Assembly (NCBI GenBank): GCA_000934665.2
Contig: JYFJ02003964.1
Coordinates: 1 to 35,950, forward strand
Source: Catajapyx aquilonaris
Taxonomy: Eukaryota
Reading direction: 5' to 3'
DNA: 35,950 nucleotides
Shown here: positions 1 through 10,753 of the stretch, one piece after another
Layout: the number at the start of each line of letters is the position of its first letter
Numbering within the stretch: position 1 is the stretch's first letter
Notes under the pieces: generated by a model
The model's input: only the letters and a program-made list of their open reading frames with translations
Database searches by the model: none
Told to the model about the DNA's origin: nothing
Position numbers and translations under genes: made by a program

Positions 1-137
1 GGGGGGGTAAATCTCCAAACCGCGCAAATGGTATTTTTGAAAGACGTAATTAAAGCGATTCGCCGATTTTCGTCAAAATCTGACAACCCAAGGGTCAATT
101 TTCCTTAAAAGCTCGGTGAATTGACATGGAATGACCC
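1..137. mobile_element. Probable right end of a DNA transposon (partial, runs off the window start)
   Basis: CpG-richer than the surrounding intron. Ends in GACATGGAATGACCC (reverse complement GGGTCATTCCATGTC), which looks like a terminal inverted repeat. The partner end is not visible. Confidence 0.35.
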
Positions 138-186
138 TAGGGACTTGAAGAAGCAGCTTGTGTCATTGTTGAACTTCTCTTCGCAG

Positions 187-3100
187 GGAATTTCGCAGCG
201 TTGTGTGTGGAATGGTGCGCCTCCTGTTTGCCTTTGGTGGATTTCAGTGGGTGACCATTAAAGGAAAGCAGGCATCCCCCAAAGAAGCACCCATCCTGGC
301 CCTGGCCCCACATTCAACATATTTTGATGCACTTCCAGTGGTATGCCTTGGGGCACCCTCCATAGTAGCAAAGGGAGAAACTCAATATTTACCTTTCTTC
401 GGAAGTACGTATGATTTTGTAAAGCATATGAATGGCCTCTGTTGTACATAAGTTATTAATAATGATTTTCTTTTCTCTCCCATTTTTTAAAACCCCTGTC
501 CTCAATCTTGGATAGAATTTATCTCATTCACTGAGCCACTCTATGTGTTCAGGGAAGATGCAAATTCAAGGCAAAATACCATTGATGAGATGAAGAAGAG
601 AGCCAAGGAACCTGATATGTGGCCACAGGTATACTCATAATTTGTTTTGCAGAGCAATAGGAATTTGGCAACATGTGAGATAGTAATGACTGGAGATTAG
701 TGGTTAAAGGTGACCTCAAATTTGGTCAATATGTTTGTGGAATTATTAAGTCATTTACATCATCGTGACATTGCAAGAGATTCCTTGATGTTTTAAAGAA
801 AAATGGAGTTATGGGGCTACACACAGGCATTCCTGGGACAGTAGTAGCACTTCTAGTCCTAGCTGATTCAATCTGCCAATTGGAGCAGGCTACTCTGTCC
901 TAGTATCCCCTCCAATTAGCAGATCTGAAGAACTATTACATGGACAAGTGCTAGAACAGCCTGAGTGACAGGTGTAGACCCCTTAGGGTAATATTACAGG
1001 TCTGATTGGCACCACAGGGTAGAGATAAGTTGGAAAGTGTTTTGGAGCATTTGCTGCTTGGTGGAATTTTTATTGTTTCAGAGGGACAAAGAGGGAATGA
1101 ATTCAATCACTGCCTTTAGAAAATACCAAATGCTTGCTGCATGTGTGTGTGCATCAGTGGTTTCAGAAAGCTCTTAGCTAAATTGTGCTATGGAAGGTCC
1201 CATTGAGTACGTTTACATGGGACTAAATATAGGCATGACCCAGGCTTCCTTAGCAAGGCCATCGCCTTAGGTAGACCACCCGACCCAAAATGCTTGGGCT
1301 GCGCCCGACAACGGATCAGATAAGACATGTCTATCGTAGGCCCAGCGGCTACATGGGAGTAAACCGGTTCGCCTAGAATAGGCTAGGCCGATTTTTAGTC
1401 CCTTGTAAACGTACTCATTGTTTCAGCTGATATCCACTTACAGATTACTAAAAATGATCTGTTGCCTTTGCAGGTGTTGATATTTCCTGAAGGAACATGT
1501 ACCAATCGCTCCTGCCTCATAACATTCAAACCTGGAGCCTTCATCCCAGGAGTGCCTGTACAGCCAGTATGCATAAGGTATCCAAACAAGCTGGACACCG
1601 TTACTTGGACTTGGTTGGGAGCTTCATTGTGAGTGTAGCACATATACGAGGGGCAATCATAAAGTTCGTACCTTTAGGTTGAAGGAAAAGAGAGAAACGG
1701 TTCAAATTGCTCACATGTATTAATCCTTCTCTCTATATGAACCCTGCAGGGCCACACATTTAAACCGGCATTGCACGACGATGAACAACCTTTTGGACAC
1801 CATCATTGTAGAAGTCGACACTTGTTCCTGAAAAAAAGTTTTCAGCCTCTGTTGTCAGTGGTGGGAGGGGCTTGTGTTTCTCCCATGACCTCGAATAGCT
1901 GTGCTGGCAGTAGCTTCGTCTACTGGCTGAGTCTCCCAAGCCGGGTAAGTCTTTGAGGTGATGGGAGAAACACAAGCACATCACCATGGACAACAGAGGT
2001 TGAAAACTTTTTCCAAGAATAAAGTGTTGACTTCTGCAATAGCAATGACGGTGTCTGACAGGTCGTGCATTGCTGGCATAAATCTGTGGCTCTGCAGGGT
2101 TCAAATAGAGAGACAGACTAATACATGAGTGCAATTTGAACCATTTCTCTCTTTTCCTTCAACTCAAGGTATGAACTTTATGAACGCCCATCATTGATAG
2201 TGTATAAGTATTGAATGAAAGGCATGTCATAACTGAAACTTTTTTTCTAGCTTTAAAATCTTCTGGATGACCCTGACACAGTTCCACTCATATTGCGAGA
2301 TTGAGTTTCTACCTGTATATGTCCCTAGTCCAGAGGAGCAGGAAAACCCAAAACTCTATGCCAGCAACGTCAGGCAGCTCATGGCCAGGTGAGATAAACA
2401 TACTATTAAGTAAGATCTATTATTATTATTATTATATATATAATTTCCAGTGTTAAGCAGTTCTTTGATTAAATGGTGCATCTTGCTGTACTACGTCCTT
2501 CATCCTTGGCTTCATCGCTTAGCTCAGATTTGTATCACAGGAATGTCACATCCTCCCACAAATGCTATTGGCATCCTTAGAGGGGCAGGCAAGGTGGGAG
2601 AAAGGGAAAGTTGAATGCAGGAGACGCACCTTCAGTTCTTCTGCCATGCTAAACTTGCCGGGTACAGGAGAACTAACTTGTTAGGGGAGGGTTCACATCA
2701 CTTCAATTGCTGCTGCATATGAGCTAAATTTTGTAATTGTATTTTGGAGGTATTTTGTATATTCTTGTGTGGTTTCTTGATCTCTGTTCATGGCAAAGTG
2801 TTAATCTGAGAAGATTACACTCTCATTCTGTATTGTATATTATATTTGCTTTTTTTTGCTTCCACACTCTCTGCCTAGAGCCCTGAACATCCCCCTGACA
2901 GAGTACGCTTATGAAGACTGCCGTCTGCTCCTGAAACTGGACACCTTGGACTTTGGGAGAGATGTGGAGCAGTTTCAGAGGCTGAGGCTTGAAATTGGCT
3001 TGGACTCCAGTGCAGAGGAAGAAGCACTAGTGACTGCTTGGCTTGAAGAAGACAACCAGCAGAATAACTCCACTGACACCACATCTCTCCGAGATGCTCT

Positions 3101-4974
3101 TGTGACTATGGAGGAAATGTGTGGCATCCTAAGGCTACCTGTTGGGCCGACATCAAGGGAGTTGTTTTGCACCCTGTGCAAAAAGGAGAAGAAGAAAAAT
3201 GACAAAAATGACTGGGGATATGAAAGCAAAATTCCAAAGATGGAGGTGAACCTGTATGTAGTGCTGGTCTGCTGGCTGGGTTCTAGCCAGAGAAGTACCC
3301 AGGCCCTCAGGGTGCTCTATAACTACCTGGAGCCAGATACAAATGGAGAAGTAGATTTGGAAAAGCTGAGGAATGTGACCAGGCCAGGACAAACATTCAA
3401 GCCAGATGAGGTCAGGAGGCTTTTCCGGCAACTTGACCGGCAGGAAAGGGGGGTTGTCAACTTTGGTAAGTAAACAACCTCAAAATCAAGGCAAGCATGA
3501 AAGTGTGATCTGCAAATGTGAAAATATAGCAGTAATATGGGTGGAATTTTCGTCCCATTGCTAGCCATGGTCAACAACTGAAACCATTTTAATGTACCAT
3601 GGTTTACTTTAAAGACACCTCAGTGCAAGAAGAACATTTGCATGCGCCAGCAGTTCCCCGCTGGTTGGTGGAACAGGCGTGCCACGACAGCCAAGCTTCA
3701 TCCGTTTTTATTTCAACCCCTAAAGCCTTACTGTGATAACAATTAAACTTTTAAAAATTATGCATGTCACATGCAAATGTTCTTCATGCACTAATATCTT
3801 AAAGTAAACCATGAATTACATTAGAATATGTATTCTTTGTATGCCTTTTTTTGGCGGCCATGAAAGCCTTTCATGCTATTGGTTCATTGAAATATCCATC
3901 CAAATGTAGACATACCATTGGCTGGGTGCGCAGGAGGTGGGACTGCCAAGTTAAAGACACACTGTAAGAATATCAAAATCTACTTAACCCCCACCCCCAC
4001 CCTCCCTGTTCATCCTCTCAGTAACCGTGCAGATATTTCTTTTCACAATGACAGGTAGTTTGAATATTTCCAATCTTTGGGGAAGGTGTAGTGGCCGAGA
4101 TGGTAATGTCTGGGCTTGCTGAGTGAAAGGTCCCAGGTTCGATTCCCACCTGGGAGCTCCCTTTCACCTGCGTCGGCAGGGGTCTCTGACCCGCACCTTG
4201 GAGGTGTCTGGCAACCTAACCTCCTGTGGGACTGGACATGACCCACACATAATGACAATGCACTTGCACCTGTGCCCCCTCCCCAAAAATCCCTATCCTT
4301 ACCCAATATCCTTGATTCCTTGCACCGGAGACTGAAGTAAATGCGCGAAGAAATTCATAAGAAAATGTGGTGGTGTTCCACCCCCCTAAGAGAGCCGAGG
4401 GTTCTAGCATGGAGTAGCACAAATAAAAATAATTAAAAATAAAAATTTCCAATCTCGAAACAAATAGTTTGGATCATTTTTTTGCTTTTGATTCAGTGAT
4501 CTACAATGAGCTATAAGTATCAATACTGGCACATATGTTGGCCGAGCTGAATGTAAATCAGGCAGTGTATAGTTCACTGCTAAGATTAGCTTTCTCTTCA
4601 CAAAGAAGTTGTTTTTAATTTTTGTGCGTGAGCAATTTCTTTAGAGAGAGAGAGAGCATGAGAGTTAAATCAGATGACCACATCATATTGCTCAAATTTG
4701 AGTTAATCATATTACTGAAATGTCATAGTCCACTTTTTCTTCTTTTTTATTTGCAGAGGACTTCCAAGAGGTCATTCGGCTGAAGCCTGAATACATAAAT
4801 TTGTTTGTGATTCTTCATCGCAGAATCTTAACTGCCCTGCACGATGGGTTAGAATTGACTCCAGGGTCATTCACTCCAGGATCCCCTGGCTCCTCTGCCT
4901 CCGGGTCTCAAGGCTCCACCTCCACGGCCCTTTCCATTGGCTCATGGAACTCCGTCAAGTCAAAGGACGAGTGA
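187..4974 (+). CDS. LPCAT2: Lysophosphatidylcholine acyltransferase 1/2 family, paralogue A (5'-partial); exons 187-404, 516-628, 1474-1628, 2251-2388, 2879-3465, 4757-4974
   Basis: All introns are GT-AG and the phases join without stops. Contains acyltransferase motif I (PHSTYFD), YVFRED, motif III (IFPEGTCTN), [23 protein letters not shown] and [21 protein letters not shown], two degenerate EF-hand-like loops, and a C-terminal KSKDE* (KxKxx ER retrieval). LPCAT1 versus LPCAT2 cannot be resolved in an invertebrate. Confidence 0.93.
812..982. mobile_element. Degenerate fold-back MITE, PIF/Harbinger-like
   Basis: TGGGGCTACAC...GTGTAGACCCC termini flanked by TTA on both sides (809-811, 983-985). 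Internal inverted arms ATCTGCCAATTGGAG / CTCCAATTAGCAGAT and AGCACTT / AAGTGCT. Confidence 0.55.
1205..1416. mobile_element. MITE, PIF/Harbinger-like
   Basis: 23-bp TIR GAGTACGTTTACATGGGACTAAA / TTTAGTCCCTTGTAAACGTACTC (1 mismatch). 3-bp ATT direct repeat on both flanks (1202-1204, 1417-1419). Confidence 0.8.
1647..2193. mobile_element. Mariner-type fold-back MITE filling most of an LPCAT-A intron
   Basis: TA|CGAGGGGCAATCATAAAGTTCGTACCT at the left end matches AGGTATGAACTTTATGAACGCCCATCA at the right end. Inverted similarity continues almost to the centre, e.g. GAAGGAAAAGAGAGAAA / TTTCTCTCTTTTCCTTC and GCTTGTGTTTCTCCCAT / ATGGGAGAAACACAAGC. Confidence 0.85.
3590..3823. mobile_element. Inverted-repeat element (MITE-like)
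   Basis: CATGGTTTACTTTAA (3598-3612) versus TTAAAGTAAACCATG (3799-3813), and GAAGAACATTTGCATG versus CATGCAAATGTTCTTC. No clear TSD. Confidence 0.65.
4077..4444 (+). mobile_element. Full-length tRNA-derived SINE
   Basis: Pol III A-box TGGCCGAGATGG (~4093) and B-box GGTTCGATTCCC (~4136). A-rich tail AAATAAAAATAATTAAAAATAAAA (4421-4444). 11-bp target-site duplication ATTTCCAATCT at 4066-4076 and 4445-4455. Confidence 0.85.
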
Positions 4975-7449
4975 GCCACAATTCAACTTCCACATGCTAC
5001 ACAATTCCTGTTTACTATACACTTATACACATGACTTTCCTCACCCACTCTTTCTCTCCCCTCCACACTGATATTTTTAAGGGGAAGGGGGGTTGGACCC
5101 TTACAAGGACAGGCTAGGAGTGCTGCCATTGCCTGAAATTGTGTGTAATTTAGGTCTTGGCAAGTATTAATTTTTTAACTCCTTACATGCCTGTGAAAGT
5201 CATTGTGTACAGTGATATACCAGTCTCCTCCCAAATAAGTGGTGGAAAGATTTTACACCTGAAAAAAATAAGGATCCTGATGTCATTATAAGCCAATAAT
5301 TATTTAATTTCTCTTAATATTCTGTAAGTAGTAATGCTTGTCAATTTCGTGTTGCATTGATCTTGCTATCTGCATTGCATTAAGTAGGGTCAGTGGTTTT
5401 AATTTTTTGTTTGTTTGTGAACCCTTCCAATAAGTTAACTGCACAATTGCACAATTTTTTTATAAAAAAAATAGTGAATAGTGTCTAAGTACGGCTATGA
5501 TTGCTCCATTGCCACAAGGATAATGGGGGTTACATGACACTATAATGTATTTTGTGATAACAAATGGTCCTGTTCTGGTCGCAGCGTTTAGGGTTTAAGA
5601 AAAAAAAAAACTTGCCCTTGTGGCTCAGACTGCAGATGTAATCTCAAGTAAATATATTTAAGGCTTAAGTCATTTAATGATAAGAGTGTTTTAAAAATGT
5701 GTTTTAAAATGTGCAAGTGGAGGTACCTTCACCCTAAAACAAAGGCAATATGAATGTTGTACATTCCCTGAAAAGCCTCACGTTTAAACTTTTTATTGGT
5801 CTAGATCTAGAATTTGCCCTTGAGGAGTCACTTAATTGGTACACTTAAGTATTTATGCATGCATGTATTTATTTTAATTTATTTTATTGTGTTCCTGTGT
5901 CCAAGCAAGGACAGCACTAATTTGTACATAACAAACGTACAGAATAAGGCTGCTTGTTTTCATTAGCTTTTTTCTCATGCACCTTTTTCAGTAGGTAATT
6001 TTAACAGTATTTCATAGATCCACAGTGATGCATTTTAACTTTGTGGCAGTGTATGTGGCCAAACTTTTAAAAAATGCAAGTGAATGGCAGCAATTATTTT
6101 TTAGTCATGTAGCATATTGGTGGCAGTTTGGTGATGGACTGGTCATGGTTGCCATTTAATTTCCTGTTAGAAAAACATGGGCAAGAAAATGAGTTTTCTC
6201 ATGCATGTTTCATTTCCTTTCTTTACATTTTTCGCAGCGTCTTTATGTGCTGGAGTACATGAGGAGACGGAATTGAAGGACAGGAAATAATAGGCAGTGA
6301 TATGCAAAGAGGATAATGAAAAGTCATGCTTATTATATTGTTGAGACATCACAGGGTGTGTGATCTTACCCGTCAAACTGCCATAGGTTGGTTTTACTCG
6401 AGAATATTTCATAATATGTAATACTTTTTTTTTTGGCGAAAAAGGAACAGTTCATAGGATGGTGCAGGACAATTTACATGATCCTTAACACTAACATGAG
6501 AACAAAAGTATGCTACTTGTGCATCACTTCGGTTTTTGCACTGTGAACCACAGCATTTCCTCATATTCCATTTTCATGTCCTTGATTTTTATTTCTTCTG
6601 TCAGTATAGATCATGCATTTTGTGAAATGATAAAAACTGTGCATTTTTGAAGTGCAAGCAACTGGAAGGATATTTTTAGGGCTTGTTTTGTTCCTATTTT
6701 TCAATGTTCCTTATTTTAAAACGATACTAATCGGGACAATTATTTCCATGTTGATATAATGCCACTGAGGTGGGAAGTGTGTCTTCCCAACAAACCCAGT
6801 TACAACTACTGGGAAGACTATCTAACTTTCCCAGCCCAATGTTTATTGATGCCGCAGCTTACTCAGTGGCCCCAAGCCTGACTTACGTAATGGATCTGAA
6901 ACGCATAGTATCAACCACGCTTACATTATTGCAACTTTTATTTGAACCGCTGTAACATTGAGCCTTTCTTACAAACTTTGATATTAATGGACTACAGGTA
7001 TTCACCATTGCCATCTTTGAACTTTGCACCCTCTTTTTTTCCAATGCATTTTATTTCCGGTTATTGTTACCCTTTGTAAATGATTACTCTCCTACTGTGA
7101 TTGTAGCACTGTGAACTTCCCCAAGGTTACAATGCTAAGAGGGTTGAAAGTACGAGTCAAGGTTATAGAAGGATCCCACCTCCCATTGATTACTGCAAAT
7201 GACCCTTACAGCGCCTGTTGTTTTTTTTTTTCTTGTTTCCCCACGCCCCCTTATCACCCACCCCCACCTCATATCCCACACGCCAAGTTTTTCCACCCTC
7301 GACCCCCCCATACTCCTGAGATATCTTTTTTGCACACACGAGTCATTCCTTCAGTCAGCTGAAAAGATTAGTCCATCCAGTTCATTCCGACGGGTCAGAA
7401 CCCCTAGACAAGGTTAGAGAGATTCACTTTTTTAATATATAATTTTTAC

Positions 7450-7750
7450 TACTTTGCGATCGGGTAAAAGTTGAAATTTTGGGCGCCGATCGTGTTTGAC
7501 GTGAAGGTCAAGAGTGTGTATGGCGCGAGTTAAATATCCGGGACCGGCTTCTCAAAAATCGCCGTCGTTTGCGACCTTGATTTTTTTTACCATTTGGGAG
7601 TGACAGTAGGGGGGCATTTCTCTCGGGCTGTGGGCTCCCCTTCTGTGTGTGTTTTTTTTGGAGGGGTGCGTGCATGTGTGGCCGCGTCTCCCCTCCTGCT
7701 TTCTCCCCCTCATCCCCGCCATGTCCCGAATCCCCCTACGAAAGTGAGGC
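7450..7750 (+). promoter_or_regulatory. CpG-rich probable promoter / first exon of LPCAT paralogue B
   Basis: Local CpG enrichment (GCGATCGG, GGCGCCGATCG, GGCGCGAG, TCGCCGTCG) against CpG-poor flanks. Lies downstream of the LPCAT-A 3' UTR and upstream of the LPCAT-B ATG. Donor-like AA|GTGAGG at 7743/7744. Confidence 0.45.
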
Positions 7751-10700
7751 CCAGTCTGCCGAGGAGATGGTACAAAGGTGGCCCTCGTCTCCTTTTGGTG
7801 CGGTTGGGTTGGGGCTGCTTTTTGTTGTTCAGGGAGACAGTGTGCTGATTGCGACCTGCAGCTGCTGAAGTTTGCCCGGTGTTATGTGATGTGGGTGCCA
7901 AATCATTATCTGACACGTATTAGGGAACACTTGGGTGTTTGCTACTCCACAGCACGAATCTTAGGGTAATTATATTGCACAGGGGGGGATTTACAGGGGG
8001 AAAAATATTGTGTTTCTGTGTGTTGAAAGATGCAGCAGATTGAATGGTAATGTAGGCAAGTGGTGTGGCAGATGGGGAGGCTCAGGGTGGTTGGTGGGAT
8101 TGGCTTTTTGTTGTTGTTTATTCGTATGGGGGAAGGACCCTGCTGTGAATGACTAACAACATGGAACAGCAGTTGGGAAAAACCATGCTGTAATGCTAAG
8201 CCATGCTGGTAGCCAGTTATTGACAAAGATTCATGTGAGGAGTTTTGATAGACAGCTGAGAAAAGGGCAGTGTGACATTTCACATGGTGATTGGTGTGGA
8301 GAAAGTGTAGGTATAGTAACTTTAATCTTGAACACATACGAATTTAAGAAAGAGTCATTTTGAGGGTTGCTGGGTTGTAATGGCCTATTTAAACATTTTG
8401 ACTGTTCCAGCCATGATAAATATGTAGACAAAATCGCACTCTCCAAGCACTGGGTATGCTTTGTGTATGTATACATATGCACTCTATTAGATTGGCTGTG
8501 ATTTGGATTCAGGAGGTGATGCATTAAGCTTTGTTCACACAAATGAAATGTCATATTTCATCATGTGGTTTTCTTTAGTCCTGAGCAGTCACTTGTCTGG
8601 GTTTAACTTGTGTACTTCATGTTTTGGTGTGAAAAATCAGTCCTTTTCATGCACATGAAGCCATTCCATTATTAGTAGAGATAAAGAGCTGTTGCGATAC
8701 TGCACTCACTTATTGGTTCATTGTATTCATGAGAACGTACTTCTACATGGAATGCAGTGTAGATTACCACTAGTGATGTCCGTGGTGAGCAAACACACAA
8801 GCATATTTCCCAGTAGCATGAGTTTGTAATGGGGCCAATTTGTCAATATCCGATCTCATTCTTATAAGATGTCCCCAGCTAGCAAGGTTATGTAGCGTTA
8901 TTGAGTTCACCTCTTGAGTATTGAGTATTGTATTCCTTACATGTTGATGCCTGCAAGCATGCAACCTTGCGAGATGAGCTAAGGAACTGAGTTTCTCCTA
9001 TTCAGTGATAAAAAGAAACCTTGAAATGTTTTGTCATTTAAAATTTCACACTTTCACATGAAGGAGACCACTACAAGATATATTTATGGGTGTCTGCTGT
9101 TACTGTGAAGCCACCCCAAAATGGACTCTGTATACTGCAGGAATTTGCTTATTACTGAACTTTAGATAACTCCTGGAACAAGATTTTAATTATTTTGACC
9201 ATGTATGACAGAAACCTTTTTCATAAGGAACATTAACAGAGTGAATCCACTCTAGTCATGTTTCGCTGTGCTAAGTTCTTAACAACCCAGCATAACTGAA
9301 AACTCTTAACAGAGAATAAATATATGATGGAACGAATTAGGACACATTTAAACTGATAAAAGGTAATAAAAGTAACTGGCTCTAGCAGGATGGCAGGTCT
9401 TTATCAAAGTCACATTGAGAAGGAATATTGATGCACTATTACAATTGGGATGGGGCCCTGCATGATAGTCCCCCGACCCCCATACACCCTGGGTCACCTT
9501 GTTGCACCACTGACAGTAGGTGAGTGTATTGTTGCACATTTCCTCCAATCAGAAAGCATGTGCCCAACATAATTAAAAAAGAGGGCTTGATTTTAATGTG
9601 TAGCTAACATGAGTCCAAAAGGTTCATTGGCCTGAGTTAGCATTGGATTCCTTCCATACTTTCAACTGTCAAAATGGATTTCTTCCAATTACATTTGAGC
9701 ATTTAAACCATAGGTTTCCACGTACAAGATGAAGTGCCAGACAAAAAGTTTCTAATATGCTCTAAAATATTCTCCAAAAAAAAAAAAATGTTTTCCTGTT
9801 CTGATGATGGCAGACAAAGATTTTTCATCTGTTATTTTTGAGACAAAGAGGATTGATATGCAATTGACAAGACCACTTGGGCTGCTAAATCTACCTAAGA
9901 AAATCCTTATCACCTAATATATTGTACTTAAGGACTATGACAAAAAGTCATTAAACATTTGTTTCACCCCAGTGACAATTATTGCAAGATTTAAACCATG
10001 ATGTATAGCTTCCTATCCAGTTCCTTTCTATAGATCCCTTTCATTCTGGTAATTAATCTGGATATAGGAAAGTTAAAAGGTGGGGCATAAATTTTTGCAA
10101 GAAAATATAAAGAAAAATGTAGGCAGACAGCTGGGAGTTTTGAGTCCCAGCACTGAAAAGGATGTACAACTACTGCAATAAACTGTGGATGAGAGGAAGC
10201 TGAAGGTTTTGTTTGTTTGTTGTTGGTTCCTTGGTCAAGATTAATTTCTCCCTGCCTTTGGGTGAAAGTCCTGCACTTCTTTTGTCTTCTTTTTTGGCAT
10301 TCTATTGCAGAGTGTAAAAATAGGAGTAGTTGGGATGTAAATATAACTGCAGTACAGATGTTGCTAAAGTCAGTTGCCTCTCTCTTTGGAGTGGCATCAA
10401 AACCAGATATTTTATTCATCTCCATGTTGGTAATCATAAGGCTGTCTTATTCGTAGCACAGCATGCTTCACTTTTGATCCATATTGCATTGAGATGCCTT
10501 ACATCAACCGAGTTGGAACCTTGAGTGTGCTTTTCCTGGCCTTCTCTTTATATGTATCATTCTTGGTGATGCAGTACACATGGTGTAAATTAGTACCCTA
10601 GTATCAAGATCAGAAGTCGAGCCAATCGACCTCTGGACCTTAGTGGCTTGCAGGGCATTTTGTTAGCTTTACTTCTCTATCTTGGCAGTGTGGTTGGTAG

Positions 10701-10753
10701 AAACAGAGTTGGAAGGCTGAGTGAGTTTGGTGGGGGTGAGATAATACCACAAA

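Noticed and set aside
1760..2134. 124-aa and 61-aa ORFs on opposite strands sharing KSFQPLLS
   Set aside because: Artefact of the palindromic MITE at 1647-2193.
4086..4160. Functional tRNA gene
   Set aside because: A and B boxes are present, but I could not build a proper acceptor or anticodon stem. A body, A-tail and TSD follow, so it is a SINE head.
6761..6870. GCCACTGAG...CTCAGTGGC inverted ends with internal TCTTCCCA / TGGGAAGA
   Set aside because: Possibly a tiny MITE remnant, but the arms are only 9 bp and there is no TSD.
7721..7747. MSRIPLRK as the start of an NKAPD1-like gene
   Set aside because: The resemblance covers only ~7 residues from memory, and I found no matching downstream exon.
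9991..10437. 148-aa minus-strand ORF
   Set aside because: No recognisable motif, splice structure or codon bias. Treated as a chance ORF or an unidentifiable relic.
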